64,000 nt of DNA from Eledone cirrhosa (lineage: Eukaryota). Of the stretch, positions 20,536 to 33,639 are shown in pieces (position 1 is the first letter of the stretch; every line of letters begins with the position of its first letter). The DNA lies in contig OZ024754.1 of NCBI GenBank assembly GCA_964016885.1, positions 40,734,001 to 40,798,000 on the forward strand, read 5' to 3'. A program made the translations under genes and the position numbers. The notes beneath the pieces were generated by a model. It was given only the letters and a program-made list of their open reading frames with translations, ran no database searches and had not been told where the DNA came from.

Positions 20536-23278
20536 ATGGTGAAAGCTGCATATGATCCCGTGCGTAAACTGCCTCGCTACTTGCGAACAGAAGACCTTCC
20601 AGTACACACTTTTACACCACAAACATATCAAGCAAGTCATTGATTTATTTCATATTTAATGTTTTTCAAATGTTGACCATTTCTTTTTGTCTGTTTTTAG
20701 AGATATAACATGGTATGTAGTCCACTTAATTGAGTGACTATCGTCTGTAGAGAAATAGTATAGTATTTAGTTCACTTGGTGGAGTGGTTCTATATTACTG
20801 TCTGTAGAGAAATAGTATAGTATTTAGTCCACTTGGTGGAGTGGTTCTATATTACTGTCTAGAGGAATAGTATAGTATTTAGTCCACTTGGTGGAGTGGT
20901 TCTATATTACTGTCTAGAGAAATAGTATAGTATTTAGTTCACTTGGTGGAGTGGTTCTATATTACTGCCTGTAGAGAAATAGTATAGTATTTAGTCCACT
21001 TGGTGGAGTGGTTCTATATTACTGCCTGTAGAGAAATAGTATAGTATTTAGTACACTTGGTGGAGTGGTTCTATATTACTGTCTAGAGGAATAGTATAGT
21101 ATTTAGTCCACTTGGTGGAGTGGTTCTATATTACTGCCTGTAGAGAAATAGTATAGTATTTAGTCCACTTGGTGGAGTGGTTCTATATTACTGCCTGTAG
21201 AGGAATAGTATAGTATTTAGTCCACTTGGTGGAGTGGTTCTATATTACTGCCTGTAGAGAAATAGTATAGTATTTAGTCCACTTGGTGGAGTGGTTCTAT
21301 ATTACTGTCTAGAGGAATAGTATAGTATTTAGTCCACTTGGTGGAGTGGTTCTATATTACTGCCTGTAGAGAAATAGTATAGTATTTAGTTCACTTGGTG
21401 GAGTGGTTCTATATTACTGTCTAGAGAAATAGTATAGTATTTAGTCCACTTGGTGGAGTGGTTCTATATTACTGTCTAGAGGAATAGTATAGTATTTAGT
21501 CCACTTGGTGGAGTGGTTCTATATTACTGTCTAGAGGAATAGTATAGTATTTAGTCCACTTGGTGGAGTGGTTCTATATTACTGTCTGTAGAGAAATAGT
21601 ATAGTATTTAGTCCACTTGGTGGAGTGGTTCTATATTACTGCCTGTAGAGAAATAGTATAGTATTTAGTCCACTTGGTGGAGTGGTTCTATATTACTGTC
21701 TAGAGAAATAGTATAGTATTTAGTACACTTGGTGGAGTGGTTCTATATTACTGCCTGTAGAGAAATAGTATAGTATTTAGTCCACTTGGTGGAGTGGTTC
21801 TATATTACTCTCTAGAGGAATAGTATAGTATTTAGTCCACTTGGTGGAGTGGTTCTATATTACTGTCTAGAGGAATAGTATAGTATTTAGTCCACTTGGT
21901 GGAGTGGTTCTATATTACTGTCTAGAGGAATAGTATAGTATTTAGTTCACTTGGTGGAGTGGTTCTATATTACTGCCTGTAGAGAAATAGTATAGTATTT
22001 AGTCCACTTGGTGGAGTGGTTCTATATTACTCTCTAGAGGAATAGTATAGTATTTAGTCCACTTGGTGGAGTGGTTCTATATTACTGTCTAGAGGAATAG
22101 TATAGTATTTAGTACACTTGGTGGAGTGGTTCTATATTACTGTCTGTTTTCCACTTTATCTATGGTAAATTTCTACAGCCGGATGTCCTTCCTGACACCA
22201 ACTCATAATTTTCAGAATGATGAAGATTCACTTACTTATGATATCTTGGATGTGATGACAGTTGCACTAACATATATACAAACAGACACACGCACACACA
22301 CACACACAAATGATGGGTTTTCACAGATCTTCTGTTTATCAAATTCATTCACAAAACATTGGTTGGCCTGAAGCTATAATAGAAGACTTGCCAAAGTTAC
22401 CATGTAGGGGAATAAACCACATGTTTTAGAAGTGAATGTAGTGCTAGTAAAAAGACTGCCACAGTGAAATGGCCCTCAAAGTTCGTCATAGGCAGTGTAT
22501 TTTATCAGAAATATGATAATGGAAGGATTAGAACAACACAGAATATATGTTACTTCATTATCTCTGTATATAAGGGAAAAATACTTAAGAGCATTTAGAC
22601 AGGGCCATTTAAATTCTCTGTTGAAATCCTGCCACGGTCAACTTAGTTTTTCATCCTTCTGGGGTGGATAAAATAAAGGACCAGTAAACAAATAGGGTCA
22701 GTTTATTTGACTTTCCCCTCCCCTAAAATTACTGGCCTTGTGCCTATATTAGAAACATTATATGAGGGTCGGCTGAAAAGTTCATAAGTTGATCAAGACA
22801 CTCTCATGGAATGATCAAATGAGGTTTTAATTTTTCAACATAGTCCCTGGAAAGAAACGATGCAGTTATTAATAAGAAGAGTTGAAATTAATGTATGCAA
22901 GATTTCACAGCCCTAGCATCACTCTTTCATAATCAGCCTATGAACATTTCAGCCTACCCACGTAAATCACAGTTATTACCTGTATATATTGATGATGATG
23001 ATGAAGTATATAGATGATATGTTCTTATAATTACATTGTATATTATTCAGCTGGAGTTACTGGATGCTGCCTTACATCAGAACACAATAGTATGTGTGAA
23101 TTCTCCGCCTGGGAAAACATTTATTGCAGTTATGCTTATCAAAGAAATGGCTATACAAATCCGGCCGATCTTATCTGATATAACTAAACGCAAGTTTACA
23201 GTATTTCTTGTATCATCAGGTAAGTTCAAATTATGTTATATAACTGATTATATATGGGTCGTGGTCTTTACATATCAT

Positions 23279-23352
<74 letters not shown>

Positions 23353-23740
23353 ATGGTCACATGATGCGTGATGCGCATGAAAGACGACAGCTGTGTAAAA
23401 AAGTGCAAGGCAATAAAGATAGACGGTAGCCACGGAGTAGGCAGACCCAGAAAAACCTGGGAAGACTTGATAAATTCTGACCTCACACACTTACACCTCT
23501 CCAAGACAATGTCACTGGACCGAGATCTTTGGCGCTACACAGTAATACAGGAGACCCGCCTTACCTAAGTACAAAGTGAAACCTACTACAGTCAGTAGGC
23601 ACCTCTAACAAAAATACCGGATACTGGAGCAATGTGAAATAAAGTGTCTTGCTCAAGGAAACAACACATCACCCGGTCTGAGAATTGAACTCACAACCTT
23701 TCGATTGCAAGGCCAATGCTCTAACCATTAAGCCATGTGC

Positions 23741-23779
<39 letters not shown>

Positions 23780-24176
23780 GAAAGAGAGAGAGAGATTAAT
23801 AAGTATATATATATATATATATATGTAGATAAATCTACCAAGAGTTTACGGTAGTGTCCAATCCGTATGAAGAACTCAATGTATTCCGGATATCATGGAA
23901 AGAAGAGATGTAATGAAAAACCACTTTCGGTGAAAGATAAACGGTATACAGAGTCAAGATAAAATATTAAACAAATAATGAATAAACAATTCCTTATATT
24001 AAACAAAAAAAGTTCATTATTTAACGATCGTTTCTAGGATATATATGTGTTATAATTGGTATGCATATTCAACAGATCTATGTACAAAATTATACAAAAT
24101 TATACAAATTATCAAGATTAAATATACATACCAAACACATATATACGCCGTCTTCAGAAATAATGGAGATATAAAG

Positions 24177-24215
<39 letters not shown>

Positions 24216-27200
24216 TTTCACTTAATTGTGAAACAGCATTGCCAAAAGCTGTCTGGATGTTTGATAGTTGTCATCATTTCGGTTTGTACTTTTTCTTAAT
24301 TTATTCTTTTAAATTGAGTCTGGCAAACCATATTGTTCATAGTTAGTATCCTATTCACCCTGTCGAATCTGGTCCCTTACCATTTGAACACATATATGTA
24401 TATATCTGTGTTTATCTCTCTTTATTATAATGAATTATAATTATATATATATATATATATATATAAATATATAATACAGTATATAAGAGAAGAAAACACA
24501 AGAAGGGTATGTTTTCAATTACGTATTTGAAAATATAGCCTTTTTGTGTTTTCTTCTCTATAAATTGTATTATGAAGAGCCCGTACTTATTCCTTGAGAT
24601 CATTAAATTACAGGGGATTAATGCGATTCTTTAACTCCGTTTTTTTCATTTGATATATGTACCCTAGATCTACTTCTCCAATGTGGTGACATTGAAATAG
24701 ATGGGTCAGTGAGTGGTTTCTAACATTCTTGGGGACTGTCTGGGTTGAAGCAAGTTGGTGCTGTCCATCATTGTGGAGTATGCCTTGCTTAACATGATCG
24801 CCCCTTGGTTGGACAAAGGATGACGAGGAGAGGGGAGGGGGTGTAAGGGTTCAGTAGAGAAAATGAATAGCAGCAGCAACTACAGCGACAACAACTACAA
24901 CTTAACAATTGACAGTTGATCAACTTTCGTCAAATAGGACCAAGGAAACAATGTTTCCATTGGCCTTTCTAATTGCTAATACTCTCTATCGGTCTCAACT
25001 CCAAGTAGAAGGAGCAACGTGAAATAAAGTGTCTTGCTCAAGGACATAATGCATCGCCTGGTCCAGGAATCGAACTGACAACCTCACGATTGCGAATCCA
25101 ATTCTCTACCCACTCATCCACGCGCCCTCACAATATATGTCTATATATCTAAGTATCCAAATTAAAGAAGCTGATTTTTAAATAGAAAATAACCTAAATC
25201 TCATGTTTCATAGGGAAAATGAATCCTTACTATATACTTTGTAAAATGTTTAATATATTAGTTTACATGTTGAGGTTTTTTGTTGTTTTTTTTTTTCAGT
25301 AAATGTTGAATCACAGGCAAAGGTAGTTTGTCATCACACAGACCTGTCAGTAGGTTACTACGCTGATAATACTGAAATAGAAACTGATGAGGCTGATAAA
25401 TGGATTCCAGAACTGCTGACACATCAAGTGTTTGTTACAACAGCTTCAGTTTTTCTCAGATTTTTACAGTGTGAATTCTTGTCACTTACTCAAATAAATC
25501 TTCTTCTTATTGATGAATGTTCAGATATCTGTGTTAGTGAGTCTCATAAAGAGGTTAGTGGTCTTACTTTCATTTCACTGCTATATATTGTAAAGCATGA
25601 AAATATATGTATTTCATTAATTCATTCATCCACGAAGGTGGTCAACTTGGCAGAGTCGCTAGAGCCTTGGATATTTGTTACAGCTCTCTTCACATTCTGA
25701 GTTCAAATCCTGCTGAAGTCCACTTTCACTTTCATCCTTTCAGGCTTGATAAAAAAAGTACCAACCCATTGATGGTGTAGTCCTCCCTCTTTCTAACTGT
25801 CATATCCTGGGGATGTTCTTCTGGCCTAAGTAGGACACATCAACAGGGTGTCTGTATCTGGTTGAGACTGCGTAAGCACCTAAAGCCCTAAGTGAAAGTT
25901 TGATATATACTACCACGCCATACTCAATTGTGTGTGACAGTTGTAGTTTTAGTGGTTTCATCCACCATCAATGTTTAACCCTTTAGCATTTAAACCAGCC
26001 ATATCCGGCCAGAATTTTCTCACCTCTTGCTGTTCAAACTGTAACTGGCTGCTCATACTGATGTTAGAGTATTGTTCTCAAAATAAATAACATCAAAATC
26101 TCGTAGATTCGATATTATGTGAGATAATTGTGTAAGATAAAGCCTTTATTGTGAAAATACAATAGTATATAGAGTAATGTAAATGCTAAAAGGTTAAAGT
26201 GTACTTTGTGAAAAATGTTCAGTAATATTTTAAATGCAAAGAAGCACTCAAACTTCTTTATTGCCTTTTTTTAAAAACTTATCCAGTTGTTACTCCTCCA
26301 TTACAAATGGTTATTATTCAGTGTTCAGATGTGTAGAAGGAGTCTCCAAATTGTATTATTGTTGTTCTGTTAATTCAAGTGATATCATTAGCAACATAAT
26401 GTCTTCTTACAACTGTTTGAATGTCTATTAAGACTCAGCTACTCCCAGTAAAGTCTATTAGAAAGTCACATTATATTCTTCGGTATTTATTCCAGCTTTT
26501 CACTGAGTTCAAATAATACCAGTCCTTGGGTAGGGAGTTAGCAGAATTGTTAAAGAGTTGGACAGGTTCCTTTTTAGTGACACTTCTGCCAGGAGTTACA
26601 ATCAGCTGATAGTATCAACAACAGAAAAATACCAAAATATTTTTATTTTATAAGTTTGTATTTTGGTTGATTTATTGATTTATCATTTAATATTTTTTTT
26701 TTTTAGGTAATGAAAATCTACGAAAAATATGAAGAACATTTACAACCTCGAATTGTTGTGTTGACTGCAGTGTTGTTATCTAGTAAATGCCGGGACCCCG
26801 TTGAACTAGAAAATACCATCAATAAATTAGAGTCCATATTTCATTCAGTTGCAGAGACATCAACTTTGGTTTTCTCCGAACGCCATGGTACAAGCCCAAA
26901 AGAAAATGTGCTGGAATGTAATAGTGACTTTGATGAAATCCAGCAAATGCCAGAAGTTTCGATGATCCTGCAAGAAGCTCTATTTTTTATAGACGAATGT
27001 ATTCTTTCTGAGAAGGAGAAGGAAAATATCAAAGATCCTTTGCAAGTGCCCCGTACTGCTCTTGCTCAATGTCTTAACATACTTGATGTCCTAGGACCTT
27101 GGTGTGCCAACCATATAGCAGAAATGTTTATTAAACAGTTAGAAAAGATTATTGGCCATGAACAGTCAGAGATTGGGAAACTGTTATTACGTTATACAAC

Positions 27201-28977
27201 GACTCAATTGAGGATTGTAACAAAAACATTTGAGAAATTATTTAACATTGATTATTGTATTGATGACTTTTTACCATTTCTTACACCGAAAGTTATTAAA
27301 TTGGTCAATATTCTGCGTGGTTATAAACCAGAATTTGAGTTTGTCATTTTGAGAGATGAAAATGCTGATGGAATGGAAAATTCCGATGATGACACAATGG
27401 ATGATCTATCTGACTCGGATAGCGATGATTACGTTAATTCGTCTCATCACAAGAACGACTTACATATCACTCTGAAACACCCTGCAGCTGCTAGAGCGGA
27501 ATACTCCGACTCGGATCCTTTGGAACAGGAAGAAGAGAAGCGGCTATGTGGTCTTATTTTTGTTGATTGCAAATACGTTGCATATGCTTTAAATAAAGTA
27601 ATCGAAGAGATCTGTGCTTGGGATGAAAATATGTGCTTCGTTAAGAACGGACATATCACTGGCTATAAATATGGAGCTAAGAGGGAATCTACAACTTTCC
27701 GCAAACACGAAGAGGTTTTACGTAAATTCCGGATGCAGGAGATCAATGTATTGGTAGCCACATCTAACTTTGAGGAATGTATTGATATACCAAAGTGTAA
27801 TTTGGTTGTTTGCTTTGATCCACCAAAAGACTACAAATCATATAGTCAGTCAAAGGTAACATTTCACTAATTTTCTTAATTAATTAATTAATTATTAACT
27901 CATTATCCAATTATAATGAGGCTAACCATAAGTCTTGGTGCAGTGTTTTTTTTTTTTTGTGCCTTTAATTTGGAAAATATATTTATTCTTCTTTGCAGGT
28001 GCATGGCTGTGAGGTAAGATTATTTGGCTCACAATCATACTGCAGTGAGTTTGATTATTGGACCAGGCAATTTATTGGGTCCTTCAGCAAGACACTTTAT
28101 TTCATATTGCTCCATTCCACTCACCTGAAGAAAATGAGTTGTGGTAAGCTGTATGGTCCTATGCCTTTCTCTTGGACACATCGGTGGCATGAGAGGGGGA
28201 TACTTGCATGCATGAGTGACTGCTGGCCTTCCACAAAACACCTGGCCTGGGCTTGTGCTTTAGAAAGGAACTTTCCAGGTGTAAAACCCCTAGTCAGTGA
28301 TTACCAAAACGGGGGCTCGTTCTAAAAGCTGAAGCCTTTGTATTTATATTATAATCATAAAAGTATCCATTTGTTTCGCAGACTACAGAATTATAAATAT
28401 TTATATTCATACAAATCGTTTTCTTTCAGTCTCGTGCACGTGCTCGAAATGCTAGTTTCCTTATGCTAATCGACAGTGAAAAAGCTCGACCATTTTTAAC
28501 AGAACTCAATACATACAAAAGAATAGAGCAGGTAAGTCATTTAAATCTACCGTATTTCCCTATGTCGAAGATGCTACTTTTTTCCTAAAATAAGTCTAAA
28601 AAATCTATCTACCATGCGTCCTGGAGGTGTCCATGAATAGTGATGCGTGTTTTGCTATTGATCAGCTCAAGGTTCGATCTGTATCAATCTAGCCCAACTC
28701 TGGAATCAAAGCTCATCAGACCTCTGCAGTGGTAATATATATATTCAAATTTTAAGAAAGCCAAGGATAGGATATTACTGTCTATTTATACATCTCTACA
28801 AACGTTTCAACACCATTAGAATATCGAATTTGAATGTTTAAATGATCTGCTACCTGAATTGCCCTTAATCCATCCAGTTTCTTTTCACTCCTGAAGAACA
28901 GAGGACGGTAAAGTACATTGAGCTTATCTCCTCTTACCAATGACAATAGTGAAGTATTACACTATAACCTCATACAT

Positions 28978-29057
<80 letters not shown>

Positions 29058-32000
29058 ATGTATGTAAAAGGTAAACAGAAATAACAACACAATCGGTACA
29101 GTAGATGGAAGGAATATATTAGGTTAACGCTTGATATAGCAGGAAGAGGGTCTTAATGTTTCGGACGCTAGTCCTTCATCGGAAGAAAGAATGAGAAATA
29201 AGATAGATTGAGGGGACAGGCGAGGCGGAATTGGAAAAAATCTCTTTAGATAAAAATAACAGGTCCATTCATGTCGACATCTCTTTATATATATATATAT
29301 TTTTTTCTTTTGTTTCAGGTTTTATTGCGAAAATACCAAAATAAAGCTGAGCCTTCCAAAGAGGAATTAGTAGAAATCCTTGAACAGCACAATATTCCAC
29401 AGTCGGTAGTTTTGAATACCAATAACAACAACAACAACAACAACAGCAGCAACAACACAAATAACAACAACAACAATTCTGTTTCTCCTATTACGTTGTT
29501 TTCTGCTATTTCTATTGTGAACAGGTCAGTTAAGCAATATATTCTGTCTTGAAATTCTCTTAGACATAAATTTGGGTGTTCCCTCGTTTTAAGACACACA
29601 ATTCAGCAATCTTCCACTAGGACGGTCAATCTGCCAGTTATTTTGATCCCTGTCTAACCATTTTACATCTGTTTTAGATCTGTTTTCCTCGTGTAACATG
29701 ATGAAGGGAATAATCTGGGACGGTTTATCTGCCACAGTTACCTTTACCACTGTCTAACCATTTTATGTATGTTATCCGCATGTAACATGATGAAGAGGAT
29801 AATCTAGAAAAAAACTGCAAAACATTGCAACTAAACCAGTTTTCTAGAATATTAAATAGTAACATGTGCTTACGCCATATTTGACTAAATAGAATTAGTC
29901 TGTCAGTTGGGATTTGAAGAAAACCCTCTGATTGGAAAAAAAGGATCAGTATTGACGTACATGGGACATAAACCCACCTCTTTGGTTTGCCAGACCGATG
30001 TGTTGCCATTACACCAACACGCCACCCATGTAATGTGAGATCTTTAAGCAATAATTTTAAATACTCCCTCATTGATAATGAATGTGTACCAGTTGATGGG
30101 ATGGGATAGGAGATGTGTAGATATGTTTTCAACCATTATTATAATTGGAAGTTTACAATTTTCTGTGTTGAGTAAAGCAATGATACATCTTTCTGTGTCT
30201 TCTCTTCTTCAGATACTGTGCAAAATTACCCAGTGACGCCTTTACTCACCTCACGCCCAAATGCACCGTTGAAAAGGTCAATGTTAATAATGACACTTAT
30301 TATGTTGCTACTCTTAAACTTCCCATCAACTCACCAGTGAAGAAAGATGTTAAAGTAAGTCACAAAACTACATGAATTTTCCTCTCTTCATAACATAGAA
30401 TACCCACAGAGCGCTCTGGAAAATGGTTGATAAATGAATAATGAAAATATAGAGAAGATTGTTTGGTCTTGGTGACTTTCTCTCTGATGCTACAATAAAA
30501 TGAACCCAGTACACATTATAAAAGGGTAGTACTGGTGCATTAATAAAATACACCAAGCACATTTTGTAAATGGTTGGCGTTAGGAAGGGCATCCAGCTGT
30601 ACATACCATGCTAAAGTATTAAATGGATGAACAAGACATGGTTTCCAAATTCTCTTGTCTAGGACTGTGATTACCTGTCCAACCAATGCCAGCTTAGAAA
30701 TTGGACATATGATGATGATGATGGCTAAATAACATTTCAAGTAGTTTTCAATATTTGTACGTTCAATATACAATAATGAATCAATTGTTTAGAGGATAAT
30801 GATGTTGTAAATCTGTTATTGTTAATTCAAAGTTCAATTTACTTTTGATTTCTCTCAACATATTGTTTATTATAATTACTTTTGACTATCAATTGACAAA
30901 TAACTATCATCATCATCATTTAACATCTACTTTCCATACTTGCATGGGTTTGACAGGTTGTCAAATACTGAGGCTAGACAGGTCAAGTGACCATACCTTG
31001 CTCATACAATCTATTTTTGGTTTGGTTTCTATTTTATTATTCTATGTACTATACATGCACCTTCGATGAGTTGTAGTGCACCTGAGCACTGTACACAATA
31101 ATTTCATTATTATTATTATTATTATAAATACAGTGGAACTTTAGGAACACCTCTCGTCACAAACAAATCAGTTCACAAACAATTTTTACAAACATAAAAC
31201 GTCTCGGTTCATGAACACACAAGCCGGCAACAACGGTTGGCAACAAGCTTGGGAGTATCAGCAGGAAGGCATTACTTGCTGTGTAGTTAGTTACTATGGT
31301 GGTATCTATCTATCTTTCACACACAGCCCCCCCCCCCCCCTCTCTCTCTCTCACTGTCTCTTTCACTCTCAACATTTCGTATGGGAAGAATAGTTTCAGT
31401 TTACAAACATTTCAGGTAACAAATGATCTTCAGGAACAAATTAAGTTCATGAACCGAGGTTCCACTGTATATGTTTAATGTAAAACTTCTAGAAATATTT
31501 TGTTACTGAAGTTGTATCAACATTTACTTTAGGGAGATGTTATGCCAAGAGAAAAGTTGGCTAAAATGTCAGCTGCTCTGAAAATGTGCCAAGAACTTCA
31601 AATTCAAGGTAAACAGTTAACAAATCTTTACAAAAGTCTTTTTTAAATCTTTTATAATTTTTTTTGCTTAACCCTTTAGTTATCAACCCTGCCAAAACCA
31701 TTTCTGTTTCTATGATAGAAAACCTTGTCTTAACCCTTTAGTTACCAACCTTGCCAAAACCATTTCTGGTTCTATGATAGAAAACCTTGTCTTAACCCTT
31801 TAGTTATCAACCCTGCCAAAACCATTTCTGGTTCTATGATAGAAAACCTTGTCTTAACCCTTTAGTTATCAACCCTGCCAAAACCATTTCTGGTTCTATG
31901 ATAGAAAACTTTGTCTTAACCCTTTAGTTATCAACCCTGCCAAAACCATTTCTGGTTCTATGATAGAAAACCTTGTCTTAACCCTTTAGTTATCAACCCT

Positions 32001-33606
32001 GCCAAAACCATTTCTGTTTCTATGATAGAAAACCTTGTCTTAACCCTTTAGTTACCAACCTTGCCAAAACCATTTCTGGTTCTATGATAGAAAACCTTGT
32101 CTTAACCCTTTAGTTATCAACCCTGCCAAAACCATTTCTGGTTCTATGATAGAAAACCTTGTCTTAACCCTTTAGTTATCAACCCTGCCAAAACCATTTC
32201 TGGTTCTATGATAGAAAACCTTGTCTTAACCCTTTAGTTATCAACCCTGCCAAAACCATTTCTGGTTCTATGATAGAAAACCTTGTCTTAACCCTTTAGT
32301 TACCAACCTTGCCAAAACTATCTCTGGTTCTATGAAATAAAACCACATATTTTAACCCTTTAGTTTCCACATGTTCTTAGCAAAGTTAACTACATTCATA
32401 AGTTACATGAAACATTTTACTTTCCAGGAGAACTAGATGATCATTTCCTTCCAGTGGGGAAAGAGATTCTGAAACATGAAGAAAAGGAAGCCCTGAAAGA
32501 CCCCTTAAAATATGGAGAAGAAGATGATGCCGAATGGGAAGAGGAAGAAGAGGAAGAACTGATAGGCTGCCCAAGACCAGGCACTACCAAACGAAAACAG
32601 TATTATTTTAAAAAGGTATTTCTTTATCTTTACTAATTTCGAAAGATACTTTTCTTTCAAGGTAAACCTATCCCAAATACCAGGTATTTGACATATTGAA
32701 TATACTTCTGTAGGTGAATTAGCATGGAGGTGCGTGCCCTTATGGTAAGGGTCTTACAAACATAAGTATTATTTTAAAAAGGTATTTCTTTATCTTTACT
32801 AGTTTCAAAAGATACTTCTCTTTCAAGGTAAACCTATCCCAAATACCAGGTATTTGACATTGAATATACTTCTGTAGGTGAATTAGCGTGGAGGCTCGTG
32901 CTTTTGTGGTAAAGGTGTTACAATCATAATGTCATGGGTTCAATTCCTGGGCTAGCTTGTGTGTTGTGTTCTTGAGCAAAACACTTCATTTCACATTGCT
33001 CCAGTATACTCAGGTGAAAATGAGTACCAGCAATAGCTGGAGGTTTAACCCTGCGATGGACTGGCGTCCTGTCCAAGGAGAGTATTGTACTCTCAGTCGT
33101 TTCACGCTGCGAAACTGGGATAAGCTCCGACCTAATGTGCTTTCTGGCTTGAGACAGAGTTTAGACTTTAGAGGTGAATTAGCAGAGTTGTTAGAAGGTT
33201 GGGTTGAATGGTTTCAGCCCTTCACTCTCTGAGCTCAAATCCCACAGAAGTAATTTTACATTTCATCCTTTTGAGGTCCATAAAAATTAGTCCAGTCCAG
33301 TGCAGTCCAGTACTGGGGTTGATTCTTTCTCGTTCCTTCTCTGGAAGAAATAGTTGGTGATGATGATGTGGATAATGGTCATGGTGATGATGATGTGGAT
33401 GATGATGGTGATAGTATATACATGCTGTTAACTCAGTTGAGGGTTGATGATGATGTGATGGTGATGATGATGGTGATACATGCTGTTAACTCAGTTGAGG
33501 AGGATGATGATGATGATGATGAGGATGATGGTGGTGGTGGTGGTGGATGTGATGGTGATGATATGATGGTGATACAAGCTGTTAACTCAGTTGAGGATAA
33601 TGATGA

Positions 33607-33639
<33 letters not shown>

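Noticed and set aside
20745-22143. CRISPR-like array (regular repeats with an internal TCCAC-TTG-GTGGA hairpin)
   Set aside because: Units are head-to-tail with no unique spacers, no cas genes are present, and the context is a eukaryotic intron. The same applies to the other minisatellites.
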